A DNA stretch of 64,000 nt from Escherichia coli (GCF_016903815.1 NZ_CP069973.1); one strand, 5' to 3'. Shown: positions 19,765 to 30,960, numbered from the stretch's first letter. A program made the numbers and translations. Notes: a model not told the origin generated them from the sequence alone.

Positions 19765-21063
19765 GTGTCAAAGGCAACCGAACAAAACGACAAGCTCAAG
19801 CGGGCGATAATTATTTCAGCAGTGCTGCATGTCATCTTATTTGCGGCGCTGATCTGGAGTTCGTTCGATGAGAATATAGAAGCTTCAGCCGGAGGCGGCG
19901 GTGGTTCATCCATCGACGCTGTCATGGTTGATTCAGGTGCGGTAGTTGAGCAGTACAAACGCATGCAAAGCCAGGAATCAAGCGCGAAGCGTTCTGATGA
20001 GCAGCGCAAGATGAAGGAACAGCAGGCTGCTGAAGAACTGCGTGAGAAACAAGCGGCTGAACAGGAACGCCTGAAGCAACTTGAGAAAGAGCGGTTAGCT
20101 GCTCAGGAACAGAAAAAGCAGGCTGAAGAAGCCGCAAAACAGGCCGAGTTAAAGCAGAAGCAAGCGGAAGAAGCGGCAGCGAAAGCGGCGGCAGATGCTA
20201 AAGCGAAGGCCGAAGCGGATGCTAAAGCTGCGGAAGAAGCTGCGAAGAAAGCGGCTGCAGACGCGAAGAAAAAAGCAGAAGCAGAAGCCGCCAAAGCCGC
20301 AGCCGAAGCGCAGAAAAAAGTCGAGGCAGCCGCGGCGGCACTGAAGAAGAAAGCGGAAGCGGCAGAAGCAGCTGCAGCTGAAGCAAGAAAGAAAGCGGCA
20401 ACTGAAGCTGCTGAAAAAGCCAAAGCAGAAGCTGAGAAGAAAGCGGCTGCTGAAAAGGCTGCAGCTGAGAAGAAAGCGGCTGCTGAAAAGGCTGCAGCTG
20501 ATAAGAAAGCGGCAGCAGAGAAAGCTGCAGCCGACAAAAAAGCAGCAGAAAAAGCGGCTGCTGAAAAGGCAGCAGCTGATAAGAAAGCAGCGGCAGAAAA
20601 AGCCGCCGCAGACAAAAAAGCGGCAGCTGCAAAAGCAGCAGCTGAAAAAGCCGCTGCAGCAAAAGCTGCCGCAGAGGCAGATGATATTTTCGGTGAGCTA
20701 AGCTCTGGTAAGAATGCACCGAAAACGGGGGGAGGGGCGAAAGGGAACAATGCTTCGCCAGCCGGGAGTGGTAATACTAAAAACAATGGCGCATCAGGGG
20801 CCGATATCAATAACTATGCCGGGCAGATTAAATCTGCTATCGAAAGTAAGTTCTATGACGCATCGTCCTATGCAGGCAAAACCTGTACGCTGCGCATAAA
20901 ACTGGCACCCGATGGTATGTTACTGGATATCAAACCTGAAGGTGGCGATCCCGCACTTTGTCAGGCTGCGTTGGCAGCAGCTAAACTTGCGAAGATCCCG
21001 AAACCACCAAGCCAGGCAGTATATGAAGTGTTCAAAAACGCGCCATTGGACTTCAAACCGTAA
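19765..21063 (+). CDS. tolA: Tol-Pal system protein TolA
   Basis: 432 aa; N-terminal MSKATEQNDKLKRAIIISAVLHVILFAALIW, long Ala/Lys/Glu-rich repeat domain II, conserved C-terminal domain. Confidence 0.97.
   Translation: MSKATEQNDKLKRAIIISAVLHVILFAALIWSSFDENIEASAGGGGGSSIDAVMVDSGAVVEQYKRMQSQESSAKRSDEQRKMKEQQAAEELREKQAAEQERLKQLEKERLAAQEQKKQAEEAAKQAELKQKQAEEAAAKAAADAKAKAEADAKAAEEAAKKAAADAKKKAEAEAAKAAAEAQKKVEAAAAALKKKAEAAEAAAAEARKKAATEAAEKAKAEAEKKAAAEKAAAEKKAAAEKAAADKKAAAEKAAADKKAAEKAAAEKAAADKKAAAEKAAADKKAAAAKAAAEKAAAAKAAAEADDIFGELSSGKNAPKTGGGAKGNNASPAGSGNTKNNGASGADINNYAGQIKSAIESKFYDASSYAGKTCTLRIKLAPDGMLLDIKPEGGDPALCQAALAAAKLAKIPKPPSQAVYEVFKNAPLDFKP
20150..20690 (+). repeat. Tandem degenerate coding repeats in tolA domain II (AAEKAAADKKAAAEK-type units)
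   Basis: Repeated gctgcagctga[ag]aa[ga]aaagcggc units visible in the DNA; the source of the low-complexity antisense ORFs in the track. Confidence 0.8.
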
Positions 21064-21195
21064 TCGCGATGTTGACTGTTCCGACGGTCAACATCAGGCA
21101 CCGGTTGCCACGGGGTTCTGGTAGTTTTGTGTATTTTAGTTTGTTAACATTCTGCTAAATTATCGTGGGCCATCGGTCCAGATAAGGGAGATATG

Positions 21196-22488
21196 ATGAA
21201 GCAGGCATTACGAGTAGCATTTGGTTTTCTCATACTGTGGGCATCAGTTCTGCATGCTGAAGTCCGCATTGTGATCGACAGCGGTGTAGATTCCGGTCGT
21301 CCTATTGGAGTTGTTCCTTTCCAGTGGGCGGGTCCTGGTGCGGCACCTGAAGATATTGGCGGCATCGTTGCTGCTGACTTGCGTAACAGCGGTAAATTTA
21401 ATCCGTTAGATCGCGCTCGTCTGCCACAGCAGCCGGGTAGTGCGCAGGAAGTACAACCAGCTGCATGGTCCGCACTGGGCATTGACGCTGTAGTTGTCGG
21501 TCAGGTCACTCCGAATCCGGATGGTTCTTACAATGTTGCTTATCAACTTGTTGACACTGGCGGCGCACCGGGTACTGTACTTGCTCAGAACTCGTACAAA
21601 GTGAACAAGCAGTGGCTGCGTTATGCTGGTCATACCGCCAGTGATGAAGTGTTTGAAAAACTGACCGGCATTAAAGGTGCGTTCCGTACCCGTATTGCCT
21701 ACGTTGTTCAGACCAACGGCGGTCAGTTCCCGTATGAACTGCGCGTATCTGACTATGACGGTTACAACCAGTTTGTCGTTCACCGTTCACCGCAGCCGCT
21801 GATGTCTCCGGCGTGGTCACCAGACGGTTCTAAACTGGCTTATGTGACCTTCGAAAGCGGTCGTTCCGCGCTGGTCATCCAAACGCTGGCAAATGGCGCT
21901 GTACGTCAGGTGGCTTCATTCCCGCGTCACAACGGTGCACCTGCATTCTCGCCAGATGGCAGCAAACTGGCATTCGCCTTGTCGAAAACCGGTAGTCTGA
22001 ACCTGTACGTAATGGATTTGGCTTCTGGTCAGATCCGCCAGGTGACGGATGGTCGCAGTAACAATACCGAACCGACCTGGTTCCCGGACAGCCAGAACCT
22101 GGCATTTACTTCTGACCAGGCCGGTCGTCCACAGGTTTATAAAGTGAATATCAACGGCGGTGCGCCACAACGTATTACCTGGGAAGGTTCGCAGAACCAG
22201 GATGCGGATGTCAGCAGCGACGGTAAATTTATGGTAATGGTCAGCTCCAATGGTGGGCAGCAGCACATTGCCAAACAAGATCTGGCAACGGGAGGCGTAC
22301 AAGTTCTGTCGTCCACGTTCCTGGATGAAACGCCAAGTCTGGCACCTAACGGCACTATGGTAATCTACAGCTCTTCTCAGGGGATGGGATCCGTGCTGAA
22401 TTTGGTTTCTACAGATGGGCGTTTCAAAGCGCGTCTTCCGGCAACTGATGGACAGGTCAAATTCCCTGCCTGGTCGCCGTATCTGTGA
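21196..22488 (+). CDS. tolB: Tol-Pal system periplasmic protein TolB
   Basis: [21 protein letters not shown] signal peptide followed by beta-propeller; ORF track begins one Met earlier (21193). Confidence 0.97.
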   Translation: MKQALRVAFGFLILWASVLHAEVRIVIDSGVDSGRPIGVVPFQWAGPGAAPEDIGGIVAADLRNSGKFNPLDRARLPQQPGSAQEVQPAAWSALGIDAVVVGQVTPNPDGSYNVAYQLVDTGGAPGTVLAQNSYKVNKQWLRYAGHTASDEVFEKLTGIKGAFRTRIAYVVQTNGGQFPYELRVSDYDGYNQFVVHRSPQPLMSPAWSPDGSKLAYVTFESGRSALVIQTLANGAVRQVASFPRHNGAPAFSPDGSKLAFALSKTGSLNLYVMDLASGQIRQVTDGRSNNTEPTWFPDSQNLAFTSDQAGRPQVYKVNINGGAPQRITWEGSQNQDADVSSDGKFMVMVSSNGGQQHIAKQDLATGGVQVLSSTFLDETPSLAPNGTMVIYSSSQGMGSVLNLVSTDGRFKARLPATDGQVKFPAWSPYL

Positions 22489-22498
22489 TAATAATTAA

Positions 22499-23044
<546 letters not shown>

Positions 23045-23053
23045 GAGAATTGC

Positions 23054-23845
23054 ATGAGCAGTAACTTCAGACATCAACTATTGAGTCTGTCGTTACTGGT
23101 TGGTATAGCGGCCCCCTGGGCCGCTTTTGCTCAGGCACCAATCAGTAGTGTCGGCTCAGGCTCGGTCGAAGACCGCGTCACTCAACTTGAGCGTATTTCA
23201 AATGCTCACAGCCAGCTTTTAACCCAACTCCAGCAACAACTCTCTGATAATCAATCCGATATTGATTCCCTGCGTGGCCAGATTCAGGAAAATCAGTATC
23301 AACTGAATCAGGTCGTGGAGCGGCAAAAGCAGATCCTGTTGCAGATCGACAGCCTCAGCAGCGGTGGTGCAGCGGCGCAATCAACCAGCGGTGATCAAAG
23401 CGGTGCGGCGGCATCAACGACGCCGACAGCTGATGCTGGTACTGCGAATGCTGGCGCGCCGGTGAAAAGCGGCGATGCAAACACGGATTACAATGCAGCA
23501 ATTGCGCTGGTGCAGGATAAATCCCGCCAGGATGACGCAATGGTGGCATTTCAGAATTTCATCAAAAATTACCCTGATTCAACTTACCTGCCAAACGCCA
23601 ATTATTGGCTGGGTCAGTTAAACTACAACAAGGGTAAAAAAGATGATGCGGCGTACTATTTTGCTTCGGTAGTAAAAAACTATCCGAAGTCACCAAAGGC
23701 TGCAGATGCGATGTTTAAAGTCGGCGTCATCATGCAGGACAAAGGTGACACCGCAAAAGCGAAAGCCGTATACCAGCAGGTTATCAGTAAATACCCTGGT
23801 ACTGATGGCGCTAAACAGGCACAAAAACGTCTGAACGCGATGTAA
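23054..23845 (+). CDS. cpoB: Cell division coordinator CpoB (YbgF), TPR protein
   Basis: 263 aa, signal peptide, coiled-coil and C-terminal TPR region; last gene of the tol-pal cluster. Confidence 0.95.
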   Translation: MSSNFRHQLLSLSLLVGIAAPWAAFAQAPISSVGSGSVEDRVTQLERISNAHSQLLTQLQQQLSDNQSDIDSLRGQIQENQYQLNQVVERQKQILLQIDSLSSGGAAAQSTSGDQSGAAASTTPTADAGTANAGAPVKSGDANTDYNAAIALVQDKSRQDDAMVAFQNFIKNYPDSTYLPNANYWLGQLNYNKGKKDDAAYYFASVVKNYPKSPKAADAMFKVGVIMQDKGDTAKAKAVYQQVISKYPGTDGAKQAQKRLNAM

Positions 23846-23851
23846 TGCATA

Positions 23852-23888
23852 ACACACGACCAGAAGTCGCATTATTTCTGGTCGTGTC
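23852..23888. terminator. Hairpin downstream of cpoB
   Basis: acacgaccagaa...ttctggtcgtgt inverted repeat just after the cpoB stop; no strong T-run. Confidence 0.5.
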
Positions 23889-24009
23889 GTGCGAATCATA
23901 AGCAGTTGAGTGATCTACATCGAAATTTTTGTTGCGCTCAAGTCTGAAATCAGTAATATATGCCGCCGTTGCCACGGGATATCAAACAAACCGAAAGCAA
24001 CGAAAAAGT

Positions 24010-24085
24010 GGGTCGTTAGCTCAGTTGGTAGAGCAGTTGACTTTTAATCAATTGGTCGCAGGTTCGAATCCTGCACGACCCACCA
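24010..24085 (+). tRNA. lysT: tRNA-Lys (anticodon UUU)
   Basis: GGGTCGTTAGCTCAGTTGGTAGAGCAGTTGACTTTTAATCAATTGGTCGCAGGTTCGAATCCTGCACGACCCACCA, 76 nt with encoded CCA. Confidence 0.97.
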
Positions 24086-24220
24086 ATCGCTAAGGTGGAA
24101 GCGGTAGTAAAACGTGAAGGATAACGTTGCGTCAGCAACGGCCCGAAGGGCGAGACGAAGTCGAGTCATCCTGCACGACCCACCACTAACCTAGTTAGTT
24201 GTAGTATCCAGCGTAGTATC

Positions 24221-24296
24221 GGGTGATTAGCTCAGCTGGGAGAGCACCTCCCTTACAAGGAGGGGGTCGGCGGTTCGATCCCGTCATCACCCACCA
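24221..24296 (+). tRNA. valT: tRNA-Val (anticodon UAC)
   Basis: GGGTGATTAGCTCAGCTGGGAGAGCACCTCCCTTACAAGGAGGGGGTCGGCGGTTCGATCCCGTCATCACCCACCA. Confidence 0.97.
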
Positions 24297-24298
24297 CC

Positions 24299-24374
24299 GG
24301 GTCGTTAGCTCAGTTGGTAGAGCAGTTGACTTTTAATCAATTGGTCGCAGGTTCGAATCCTGCACGACCCACCA
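24299..24374 (+). tRNA. lysW: tRNA-Lys (UUU)
   Basis: Identical to the tRNA-Lys at 24010; 2 nt after the preceding tRNA-Val. Confidence 0.97.
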
Positions 24375-24425
24375 CTAATTACGGTGGGTTCGGTGGAAGT
24401 AGTTTGTAGTATCCAGCGCAGTATC

Positions 24426-24501
24426 GGGTGATTAGCTCAGCTGGGAGAGCACCTCCCTTACAAGGAGGGGGTCGGCGGTTCGATCCCGTCATCACCCACC
24501 A
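24426..24501 (+). tRNA. valZ: tRNA-Val (UAC)
   Basis: Identical to the tRNA-Val at 24221. Confidence 0.97.
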
Positions 24502-24504
24502 CTC

Positions 24505-24580
24505 GGGTCGTTAGCTCAGTTGGTAGAGCAGTTGACTTTTAATCAATTGGTCGCAGGTTCGAATCCTGCACGACCCACCA
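24505..24580 (+). tRNA. lysY: tRNA-Lys (UUU)
   Basis: Identical tRNA-Lys sequence. Confidence 0.97.
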
Positions 24581-24726
24581 ATTTTAACATCAAACTCAGA
24601 TGTTAAGCGTGAAGGATAACGTTGCGCCGGCAACGGCCCGTAGGGCGAGCGAAGCGAGTCATCCTGCACGACCTACCAATTTTAAAGATTGGTTCCGAGT
24701 AGAAATCTTTCAGGTAACACCCGTAT

Positions 24727-24802
24727 GGGTCGTTAGCTCAGTTGGTAGAGCAGTTGACTTTTAATCAATTGGTCGCAGGTTCGAATCCTGCACGACCCAC
24801 CA
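24727..24802 (+). tRNA. lysZ: tRNA-Lys (UUU)
   Basis: Identical tRNA-Lys sequence. Confidence 0.97.
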
Positions 24803-24934
24803 ATTTAAAGGTGGTTACTGGTAGAGAACGTGAAGGATAACGTTGCGTTAGCAACGGCCCGAAGGGCGAGACGAAGTCGAGTCATCTTGCACGACCCACC
24901 ATCCTGAATGATTAAAGCAGCATAATCCCGCAAG

Positions 24935-25010
24935 GGGTCGTTAGCTCAGTTGGTAGAGCAGTTGACTTTTAATCAATTGGTCGCAGGTTCGAATCCTGCA
25001 CGACCCACCA
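24935..25010 (+). tRNA. lysQ: tRNA-Lys (UUU)
   Basis: Identical tRNA-Lys sequence; last tRNA of the operon. Confidence 0.97.
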
Positions 25011-25014
25011 ATGT

Positions 25015-25042
25015 AAAAAAGCGCCCTAAAGGCGCTTTTTTG
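25015..25042 (+). terminator. Rho-independent terminator of the lysT tRNA operon
   Basis: aaaaaagcgccctaaaggcgcttttttg directly after lysQ; an exact second copy lies at 25161-25187. Confidence 0.85.
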
Positions 25043-25353
25043 CTATCTGCGATACTCAAAGATTCGAACCTGCAGCAGGTTTGAGTTGAGCGCAGCGAAA
25101 CAACGGAGCCGCTCGCGGCGACGGCCCGAAGGGCGAGCGAAGCGAGTCATCCTGCACGACCCACCAATGTAAAAAAGCGCCCTAAAGGCGCTTTTTTGCT
25201 ATCAGGCATCTCTCAATTTCAATTCTTAACCCTGATGACATACTCCGCGCTTGCTGCGTAAACAACTCTACGTCGGAGGAATAAGACGCAAAGTGTGGCA
25301 TTCGTCATCTCATACGTAATTCGAGTGACTTTTCCCCACCATTCGACTATCTT

Positions 25354-25371
25354 GTTTAGCATATAAAACAA
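25354..25371 (+). promoter_or_regulatory. Putative NadR operator (NAD box) upstream of nadA
   Basis: tgtttagcatataaaaca, close to TGTTTA-N6-TAAACA, about 70 bp upstream of the nadA start. Confidence 0.55.
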
Positions 25372-25442
25372 ATTTCACCGATAACAGCGAATATTACGCT
25401 CATGTCGGTTTTAACGTTAAGCCTGTAAAACGAGATGGTAAG

Positions 25443-26486
25443 ATGAGCGTGATGTTTGATCCAGACACGGCGATTTATCCTTTCCCCCCGAAGCCGACAC
25501 CGTTAAGCATTGATGAAAAAGCGTATTACCGCGAGAAGATAAAATGTCTGCTAAAAGAACGTAATGCGGTGATGGTTGCCCATTACTATACCGATCCCGA
25601 AATTCAACAACTGGCAGAAGAAACCGGTGGCTGTATTTCTGATTCTCTGGAAATGGCGCGCTTCGGTGCAAAGCATCCCGCTTCTACGTTGTTAGTCGCT
25701 GGGGTGAGATTTATGGGAGAAACCGCCAAAATTCTCAGTCCGGAAAAAACAATTCTGATGCCGACACTTCAGGCTGAATGTTCACTGGATCTCGGCTGCC
25801 CTGTTGAGGAATTTAACGCATTTTGCGATGCCCATCCCGATCGTACTGTCGTCGTCTACGCCAACACTTCTGCTGCGGTAAAAGCGCGGGCAGATTGGGT
25901 GGTAACTTCAAGCATTGCCGTCGAACTTATTGATCATCTGGATAGTTTGGGTGAAAAAATCATCTGGGCACCCGACAAACATCTGGGGCGTTACGTGCAA
26001 AAACAGACGGGCGCAGACATTTTATGCTGGCAGGGTGCCTGCATTGTGCATGATGAATTTAAGACTCAGGCGTTAACCCGCTTGCAAGAAGAATACCCGG
26101 ATGCTGCCATACTGGTGCATCCAGAATCACCACAAGCTATTGTCGATATGGCGGATGCGGTCGGTTCCACCAGTCAACTGATCGCTGCTGCGAAAACATT
26201 GCCACATCAGAGGCTTATTGTGGCAACCGATCGGGGTATTTTCTACAAAATGCAGCAGGCGGTGCCAGATAAAGAGTTACTGGAAGCACCAACCGCAGGT
26301 GAGGGTGCAACCTGCCGCAGCTGCGCGCATTGTCCGTGGATGGCCATGAATGGCCTTCAGGCCATCGCAGAGGCATTAGAACAGGAAGGAAGCAATCACG
26401 AGGTTCATGTTGATGAAAGGCTGCGAGAGAGGGCGCTGGTGCCGCTCAATCGTATGCTGGATTTTGCGGCTACACTACGTGGATAA
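25443..26486 (+). CDS. nadA: Quinolinate synthase A
   Basis: 347 aa; conserved NadA sequence. Confidence 0.97.
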   Translation: MSVMFDPDTAIYPFPPKPTPLSIDEKAYYREKIKCLLKERNAVMVAHYYTDPEIQQLAEETGGCISDSLEMARFGAKHPASTLLVAGVRFMGETAKILSPEKTILMPTLQAECSLDLGCPVEEFNAFCDAHPDRTVVVYANTSAAVKARADWVVTSSIAVELIDHLDSLGEKIIWAPDKHLGRYVQKQTGADILCWQGACIVHDEFKTQALTRLQEEYPDAAILVHPESPQAIVDMADAVGSTSQLIAAAKTLPHQRLIVATDRGIFYKMQQAVPDKELLEAPTAGEGATCRSCAHCPWMAMNGLQAIAEALEQEGSNHEVHVDERLRERALVPLNRMLDFAATLRG

Positions 26487-26523
26487 CGAATAATAAGGCG
26501 TAACGTTACGCTTTGGGGGAAAG

Positions 26524-27243
26524 ATGGGTTTTTTTAGTGTGCAGAATATCCTGGTACATATACCAATAGGAGCAGGCGGTTATGATCTCTCATGGATCGA
26601 AGCGGTAGGCACGATCGCCGGGTTGCTGTGTATTGGCCTTGCCAGTCTGGAGAAGATCAGCAACTACTTCTTTGGCCTGATCAACGTCACCTTGTTTGGC
26701 ATTATTTTCTTTCAGATTCAGCTGTATGCCAGCCTGCTATTACAGGTGTTTTTCTTTGCCGCGAATATTTACGGTTGGTATGCGTGGTCGCGACAAACCA
26801 GTCAGAACGAGGCGGAGTTGAAAATTCGCTGGTTGCCATTGCCGAAGGCGCTAAGCTGGTTAGCGGTTTGCGTTGTTTCGATTGGTCTGATGACGGTATT
26901 TATCAATCCGGTATTTGCATTTTTGACCCGCGTGGCAGTCATGATCATGCAAGCATTAGGATTACAGGTTGCGATGCCTGAACTGCAACCGGACGCTTTC
27001 CCGTTCTGGGATTCCTGCATGATGGTGTTATCTATCGTGGCAATGATTCTGATGACGCGTAAGTATGTGGAAAACTGGCTGTTGTGGGTGATTATTAACG
27101 TGATTAGCGTCGTTATTTTTGCACTTCAGGGCGTTTACGCCATGTCTCTGGAGTACATCATCCTGACCTTTATTGCCCTCAACGGCAGCCGGATGTGGAT
27201 CAACAGCGCACGCGAAAGAGGTTCACGCGCGCTGTCCCATTAA
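26524..27243 (+). CDS. pnuC: Nicotinamide riboside transporter PnuC
   Basis: 239 aa integral membrane protein immediately after nadA. Confidence 0.95.
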   Translation: MGFFSVQNILVHIPIGAGGYDLSWIEAVGTIAGLLCIGLASLEKISNYFFGLINVTLFGIIFFQIQLYASLLLQVFFFAANIYGWYAWSRQTSQNEAELKIRWLPLPKALSWLAVCVVSIGLMTVFINPVFAFLTRVAVMIMQALGLQVAMPELQPDAFPFWDSCMMVLSIVAMILMTRKYVENWLLWVIINVISVVIFALQGVYAMSLEYIILTFIALNGSRMWINSARERGSRALSH

Positions 27244-28181
27244 TGGTGATGATGTGAATGGCCAGACACCCCTTCATTCAGGTGGCAGTCTGGCCCATGA
27301 CAAGGTTGATATTCCATCTGAATAGTGGCGTGCTCAATCTGATAGTGATCCATCAGGTAGTGTTGGATCTGATCTAACAAGGCATCGTGATCGTGTGGCG
27401 GGATCACCTGCACATGCAGCGTCATCACCGGCTTCTCGCCTACCATCCATACATGTACATGGTGCACATTGCGGACTTCCGGGATTTCCCGGCACATACG
27501 ACGCTTCAGTTCGGCGATATCCAGCGATACCGGTGCACCTTCAAGTAATTCATTCACGCTATCTTTCAACAGTCGCCACGCGCTACGCAGAACCAGAAGC
27601 GACACCAGTATTGAGAGAATGGGGTCAGCAGGTGTCCAGCCGGTCCAGATAATAATCAACGCGGCAATAATAGCCCCAACCGAACCCAGCAGGTCCCCGA
27701 GCACATGCAGTGCCGCTGCTCGCACGTTGAGGTTTTTCTCTTCGCTGCCGTGATGAAGTAACCAGAAAGAAAGTATATTTGCCAGCAGCCCAGCCACGGC
27801 AATTGCCATCATCATGCCGCCCTCGACCGGACGCGGAGTGCGGAAGCGTTCTATCGCCTCCCAGACAATCAAAATAGTAATCACCACCAGGGCGATGGCA
27901 TTCACAAACGCCGCGAGCGTGGTCAATCTTAGCCAACCGAAAGTGTGGCGAATGGTGGGAGGACGACGGGAAAATTGCACTGCGAGTAGGGCGAAAAGCA
28001 GGGCGGCAGTATCGGTCAACATATGACCCGCATCGGCCAGCAATGCCAGAGAACCGGAAAGAAAACCACCAATGACTTCTACGAGCATAAACCCGGCAGT
28101 CACGCCGAAAGCATACAACAAGCGACGAGCATTATTATCTTCTGGCAGGTGTGAGGAAGTGTGTGAGTGTGAGTGCGCCAT
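27240..28181 (-). CDS. zitB: Zn(II)/H+ antiporter, cation diffusion facilitator ZitB
   Basis: 313 aa CDF transporter with His-rich N and C termini ([11 protein letters not shown]...GHSHHHH). Confidence 0.95.
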   Translation of the reverse strand: MAHSHSHTSSHLPEDNNARRLLYAFGVTAGFMLVEVIGGFLSGSLALLADAGHMLTDTAALLFALLAVQFSRRPPTIRHTFGWLRLTTLAAFVNAIALVVITILIVWEAIERFRTPRPVEGGMMMAIAVAGLLANILSFWLLHHGSEEKNLNVRAAALHVLGDLLGSVGAIIAALIIIWTGWTPADPILSILVSLLVLRSAWRLLKDSVNELLEGAPVSLDIAELKRRMCREIPEVRNVHHVHVWMVGEKPVMTLHVQVIPPHDHDALLDQIQHYLMDHYQIEHATIQMEYQPCHGPDCHLNEGVSGHSHHHH

Positions 28182-28237
28182 GACGAGTCATCCCTTAATT
28201 ATTCTCACTTAACTTTATGACATCATACTGCTTTTAG

Positions 28238-28273
28238 AAGGGAAAAATTAAAAGGGAGAGACTCCGCTCTCCC
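28238..28273 (-). terminator. Rho-independent terminator of ybgS
   Basis: gggagag-actccgc-tctccc hairpin followed on the minus strand by a T-run. Confidence 0.65.
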
Positions 28274-28294
28274 ATTATTGGCTATTTCGCAGGG

Positions 28295-28675
28295 TTACTG
28301 CGTGGTACCGTCGGTTTTGGTATCGACATCATTGTTGATGCCATCACCGGTTTGGACTTTTTTATTGATATCCGGGCAGCGACCATCTTTGCACATGGTG
28401 TTCTTGTGCTCTTCATCTTTGGTCATGCCGTCATTGTTCATTGAAGAACCATCCGGATGCAGCATTGTGCCACCAGAACCGGTATTTACCCCGTTATTGT
28501 CGACGTTATTTGGCGCGACATTTTCACGGGCATCAGGGGCTACCTGGCCCGCATCAGCTGCGGCGTTTGCCTGGCCGTTATTGCTTTGCGCTCCGCTATC
28601 GGCAGCCAGTGCGGCACCGCTGGCAAGGCTTAGAGTGGCAGTCAAAAATAGTGTGGCCAGTTTTGTCATTTTCAT
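28295..28675 (-). CDS. ybgS: Secreted low-complexity protein YbgS
   Basis: 126 aa, signal peptide [24 protein letters not shown] then Asn/Asp/Gly-rich region. Confidence 0.9.
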   Translation of the reverse strand: MKMTKLATLFLTATLSLASGAALAADSGAQSNNGQANAAADAGQVAPDARENVAPNNVDNNGVNTGSGGTMLHPDGSSMNNDGMTKDEEHKNTMCKDGRCPDINKKVQTGDGINNDVDTKTDGTTQ

Positions 28676-28901
28676 AGGATGCTCCTGTTATGGTCGTTAT
28701 GTCGGATAACCTCTTCCAACAGTGCATTTGCAGGTGAATATAGGCAATGGTTTAAGATTTCAGCCAGGCTAAGATACCCAGCAGAGAATCTTGAAATAAT
28801 TAACAAACAAAGGAGTTACAGTTAGAAATTGTAGGAGAGATCTCGTTTTTCGCGACAATCTGGCGTTTTTCTTGCTAATTCCAGGATTAATCCGTTCATA
28901 G

Positions 28902-28919
28902 TGTAAAACCCCGTTTACA
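28902..28919 (+). promoter_or_regulatory. TyrR box upstream of aroG
   Basis: tgtaaaaccccgtttaca, a perfect TGTAAA-N6-TTTACA palindrome about 70 bp upstream of aroG. Confidence 0.8.
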
Positions 28920-28989
28920 CATTCTGACGGAAGATATAGATTGGAAGTATTGCATTCACTAAGATAAGTATGGCAACACTGGAACAGAC

Positions 28990-30042
28990 ATGAATTATCA
29001 GAACGACGATTTACGCATCAAAGAAATCAAAGAGTTACTTCCTCCTGTCGCATTGCTGGAAAAATTCCCCGCTACTGAAAATGCCGCGAATACGGTCGCC
29101 CATGCCCGAAAAGCGATCCATAAAATCCTGAAAGGTAATGATGATCGCCTGTTGGTGGTGATTGGTCCGTGCTCAATTCATGATCCTGTCGCGGCTAAAG
29201 AGTATGCCGCTCGCTTGCTGACGCTGCGTGAAGAGCTGCAAGATGAGCTGGAAATCGTGATGCGCGTCTATTTTGAAAAGCCGCGTACTACGGTGGGCTG
29301 GAAAGGGCTGATTAACGATCCGCATATGGATAACAGCTTCCAGATCAACGACGGTCTGCGTATTGCCCGCAAATTGCTGCTCGATATTAACGACAGCGGT
29401 CTGCCAGCGGCGGGTGAATTCCTGGATATGATCACCCCACAATATCTCGCTGACCTGATGAGCTGGGGCGCAATTGGCGCACGTACTACGGAATCGCAGG
29501 TGCACCGCGAACTGGCATCAGGGCTTTCTTGCCCGGTAGGCTTCAAAAATGGCACTGATGGTACGATTAAAGTGGCTATCGATGCCATTAATGCCGCCGG
29601 TGCGCCGCACTGCTTCCTGTCCGTAACGAAATGGGGGCATTCGGCGATTGTGAATACCAGCGGTAACGGCGATTGCCATATCATTCTGCGCGGCGGTAAA
29701 GAGCCTAACTACAGTGCGAAGCACGTTGCTGAAGTGAAAGAAGGGCTGAACAAAGCAGGCCTGCCAGCACAGGTGATGATCGATTTCAGCCATGCTAATT
29801 CGTCCAAACAATTCAAAAAGCAGATGGATGTTTGTGCTGACGTTTGCCAGCAGATTGCCGGTGGCGAAAAGGCCATTATTGGCGTGATGGTGGAAAGCCA
29901 TCTGGTGGAAGGCAATCAGAGCCTCGAGAGTGGGGAACCGCTGGCCTATGGCAAGAGCATCACCGATGCCTGCATTGGCTGGGATGATACCGATGCTCTG
30001 TTACGTCAACTGGCGAATGCAGTAAAAGCGCGTCGCGGGTAA
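28990..30042 (+). CDS. aroG: Phe-sensitive DAHP synthase (3-deoxy-7-phosphoheptulonate synthase)
   Basis: 350 aa, MNYQNDDLRIKEIKELLPPVALLEKFPATENAANTVAHARKAIHKILKG... Confidence 0.97.
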   Translation: MNYQNDDLRIKEIKELLPPVALLEKFPATENAANTVAHARKAIHKILKGNDDRLLVVIGPCSIHDPVAAKEYAARLLTLREELQDELEIVMRVYFEKPRTTVGWKGLINDPHMDNSFQINDGLRIARKLLLDINDSGLPAAGEFLDMITPQYLADLMSWGAIGARTTESQVHRELASGLSCPVGFKNGTDGTIKVAIDAINAAGAPHCFLSVTKWGHSAIVNTSGNGDCHIILRGGKEPNYSAKHVAEVKEGLNKAGLPAQVMIDFSHANSSKQFKKQMDVCADVCQQIAGGEKAIIGVMVESHLVEGNQSLESGEPLAYGKSITDACIGWDDTDALLRQLANAVKARRG

Positions 30043-30047
30043 GGTTT

Positions 30048-30138
30048 AATTGTCGGATGCGCCGTCAGAGTGGCGTATCCGATGAATCACCGTAGCCCTG
30101 ACAAGACGCGCAGCGTCGCATCAGGCAATGTGCTCCAT
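30048..30138. repeat. REP/BIME-like palindromic units between aroG and gpmA
   Basis: tgtcggatgcgccgtcagagtggcgtatccgatg... and ...cctgacaagacgcgcagcgtcgcatcaggc, resembling REP consensus GCCGGATGCGGCG...CATCCGGC. Confidence 0.6.
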
Positions 30139-30154
30139 TGTTAGCAACGACAAA

Positions 30155-30195
30155 CAAAAAAGCCGACTCACTTGCAGTCGGCTTTCTCATTTTTA
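30155..30195. terminator. Bidirectional rho-independent terminator (aroG / gpmA)
   Basis: aaaaaagccgactcacttgcagtcggctttctcattttt, with A-run and T-run flanking the stem. Confidence 0.8.
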
Positions 30196-30207
30196 AGCGA
30201 ATGACGT

Positions 30208-30960
30208 TTACTTCGCTTTACCCTGGTTCGCAACGGCCGCTGCTTTCGCCGCGATCTCGTCAGCATTACCCAGATAATAGCGTTTCAACGGTTTGAAATT
30301 CTCGTCGAACTCATACACCAGTGGCACACCAGTCGGGATATTCAGCTCAAGAATCTCTTCTTCGCTCATGTTATCGAGATATTTCACCAGCGCACGTAAC
30401 GAGTTACCGTGTGCGGCGATGATTACGCGCTCACCGCTCTTCATACGCGGCAGAATGGTTTCATTCCAGTAAGGGATCACGCGGTCAATGGTCAGCGCCA
30501 GGCTTTCCGTCAGTGGCAGTTCTTTCTCGCTCAGCTTCGCGTAACGTGGATCGTGACCCGGATAACGCTCATCATCTTTAGTCAGTTCCGGCGGAGTCAC
30601 TGCAAAACCACGACGCCACTGTTTCACCTGCTCGTCGCCATACTTTTCAGCGGTTTCTGCTTTGTTCAGACCCTGCAACGCACCATAGTGACGTTCGTTC
30701 AGTTTCCAGGATTTCTCAACGGGCAGCCATGCCTGATCCAGTTCGTCCAGCACATTCCACAGGGTATGGATAGCGCGTTTCAGCACAGAGGTGTAAGCAA
30801 AGTCAAAGCTGTAACCTTCCTCTTTCAGCAGCTTACCTGCTGCTTTTGCTTCGCTTACGCCTTTCTCAGACAGATCCACGTCGTACCAACCGGTGAAACG
30901 GTTTTCTTTGTTCCACTGACTTTCGCCATGACGAACCAGAACCAGCTTAGTTACAGCCAT
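30208..30960 (-). CDS. gpmA: 2,3-bisphosphoglycerate-dependent phosphoglycerate mutase
   Basis: [31 protein letters not shown]...; ORF track extends 5 codons upstream (30975). Confidence 0.97.

Larger units (their letters stand above)
24111..25192 (+). repeat. Four spacer copies of an approx. 70-bp repeat ending in a tRNA-Lys 3'-end mimic (copies at about 24111-24186, 24607-24679, 24829-24901, 25091-25160; the last is followed by a duplicated terminator at 25161-25187)
   Basis: Each copy reads gtgaaggataacgttgcg...gcaacggcccgaagggcgag[a/c]gaag[t]cgagtcatc[c/t]tgcacgacc[c/t]acca, reproducing the last 19-20 nt of tRNA-Lys. Confidence 0.8.

Noticed and set aside
20103-20810. Antisense and out-of-frame ORFs across the tolA repeat region (20103-20810 minus, 20222-20719 minus)
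   Set aside because: Products are pure Ala/Phe/Ser or Leu/Gln/Pro low-complexity strings generated by reading the Ala/Lys-rich tolA repeats in other frames.
24010-25210. Possible CRISPR array suggested by regularly spaced repeats
   Set aside because: The repeats are complete 76-nt tRNA genes and tRNA-derived spacer repeats, not short 28-37 bp direct repeats with unique spacers; there are no cas genes nearby.
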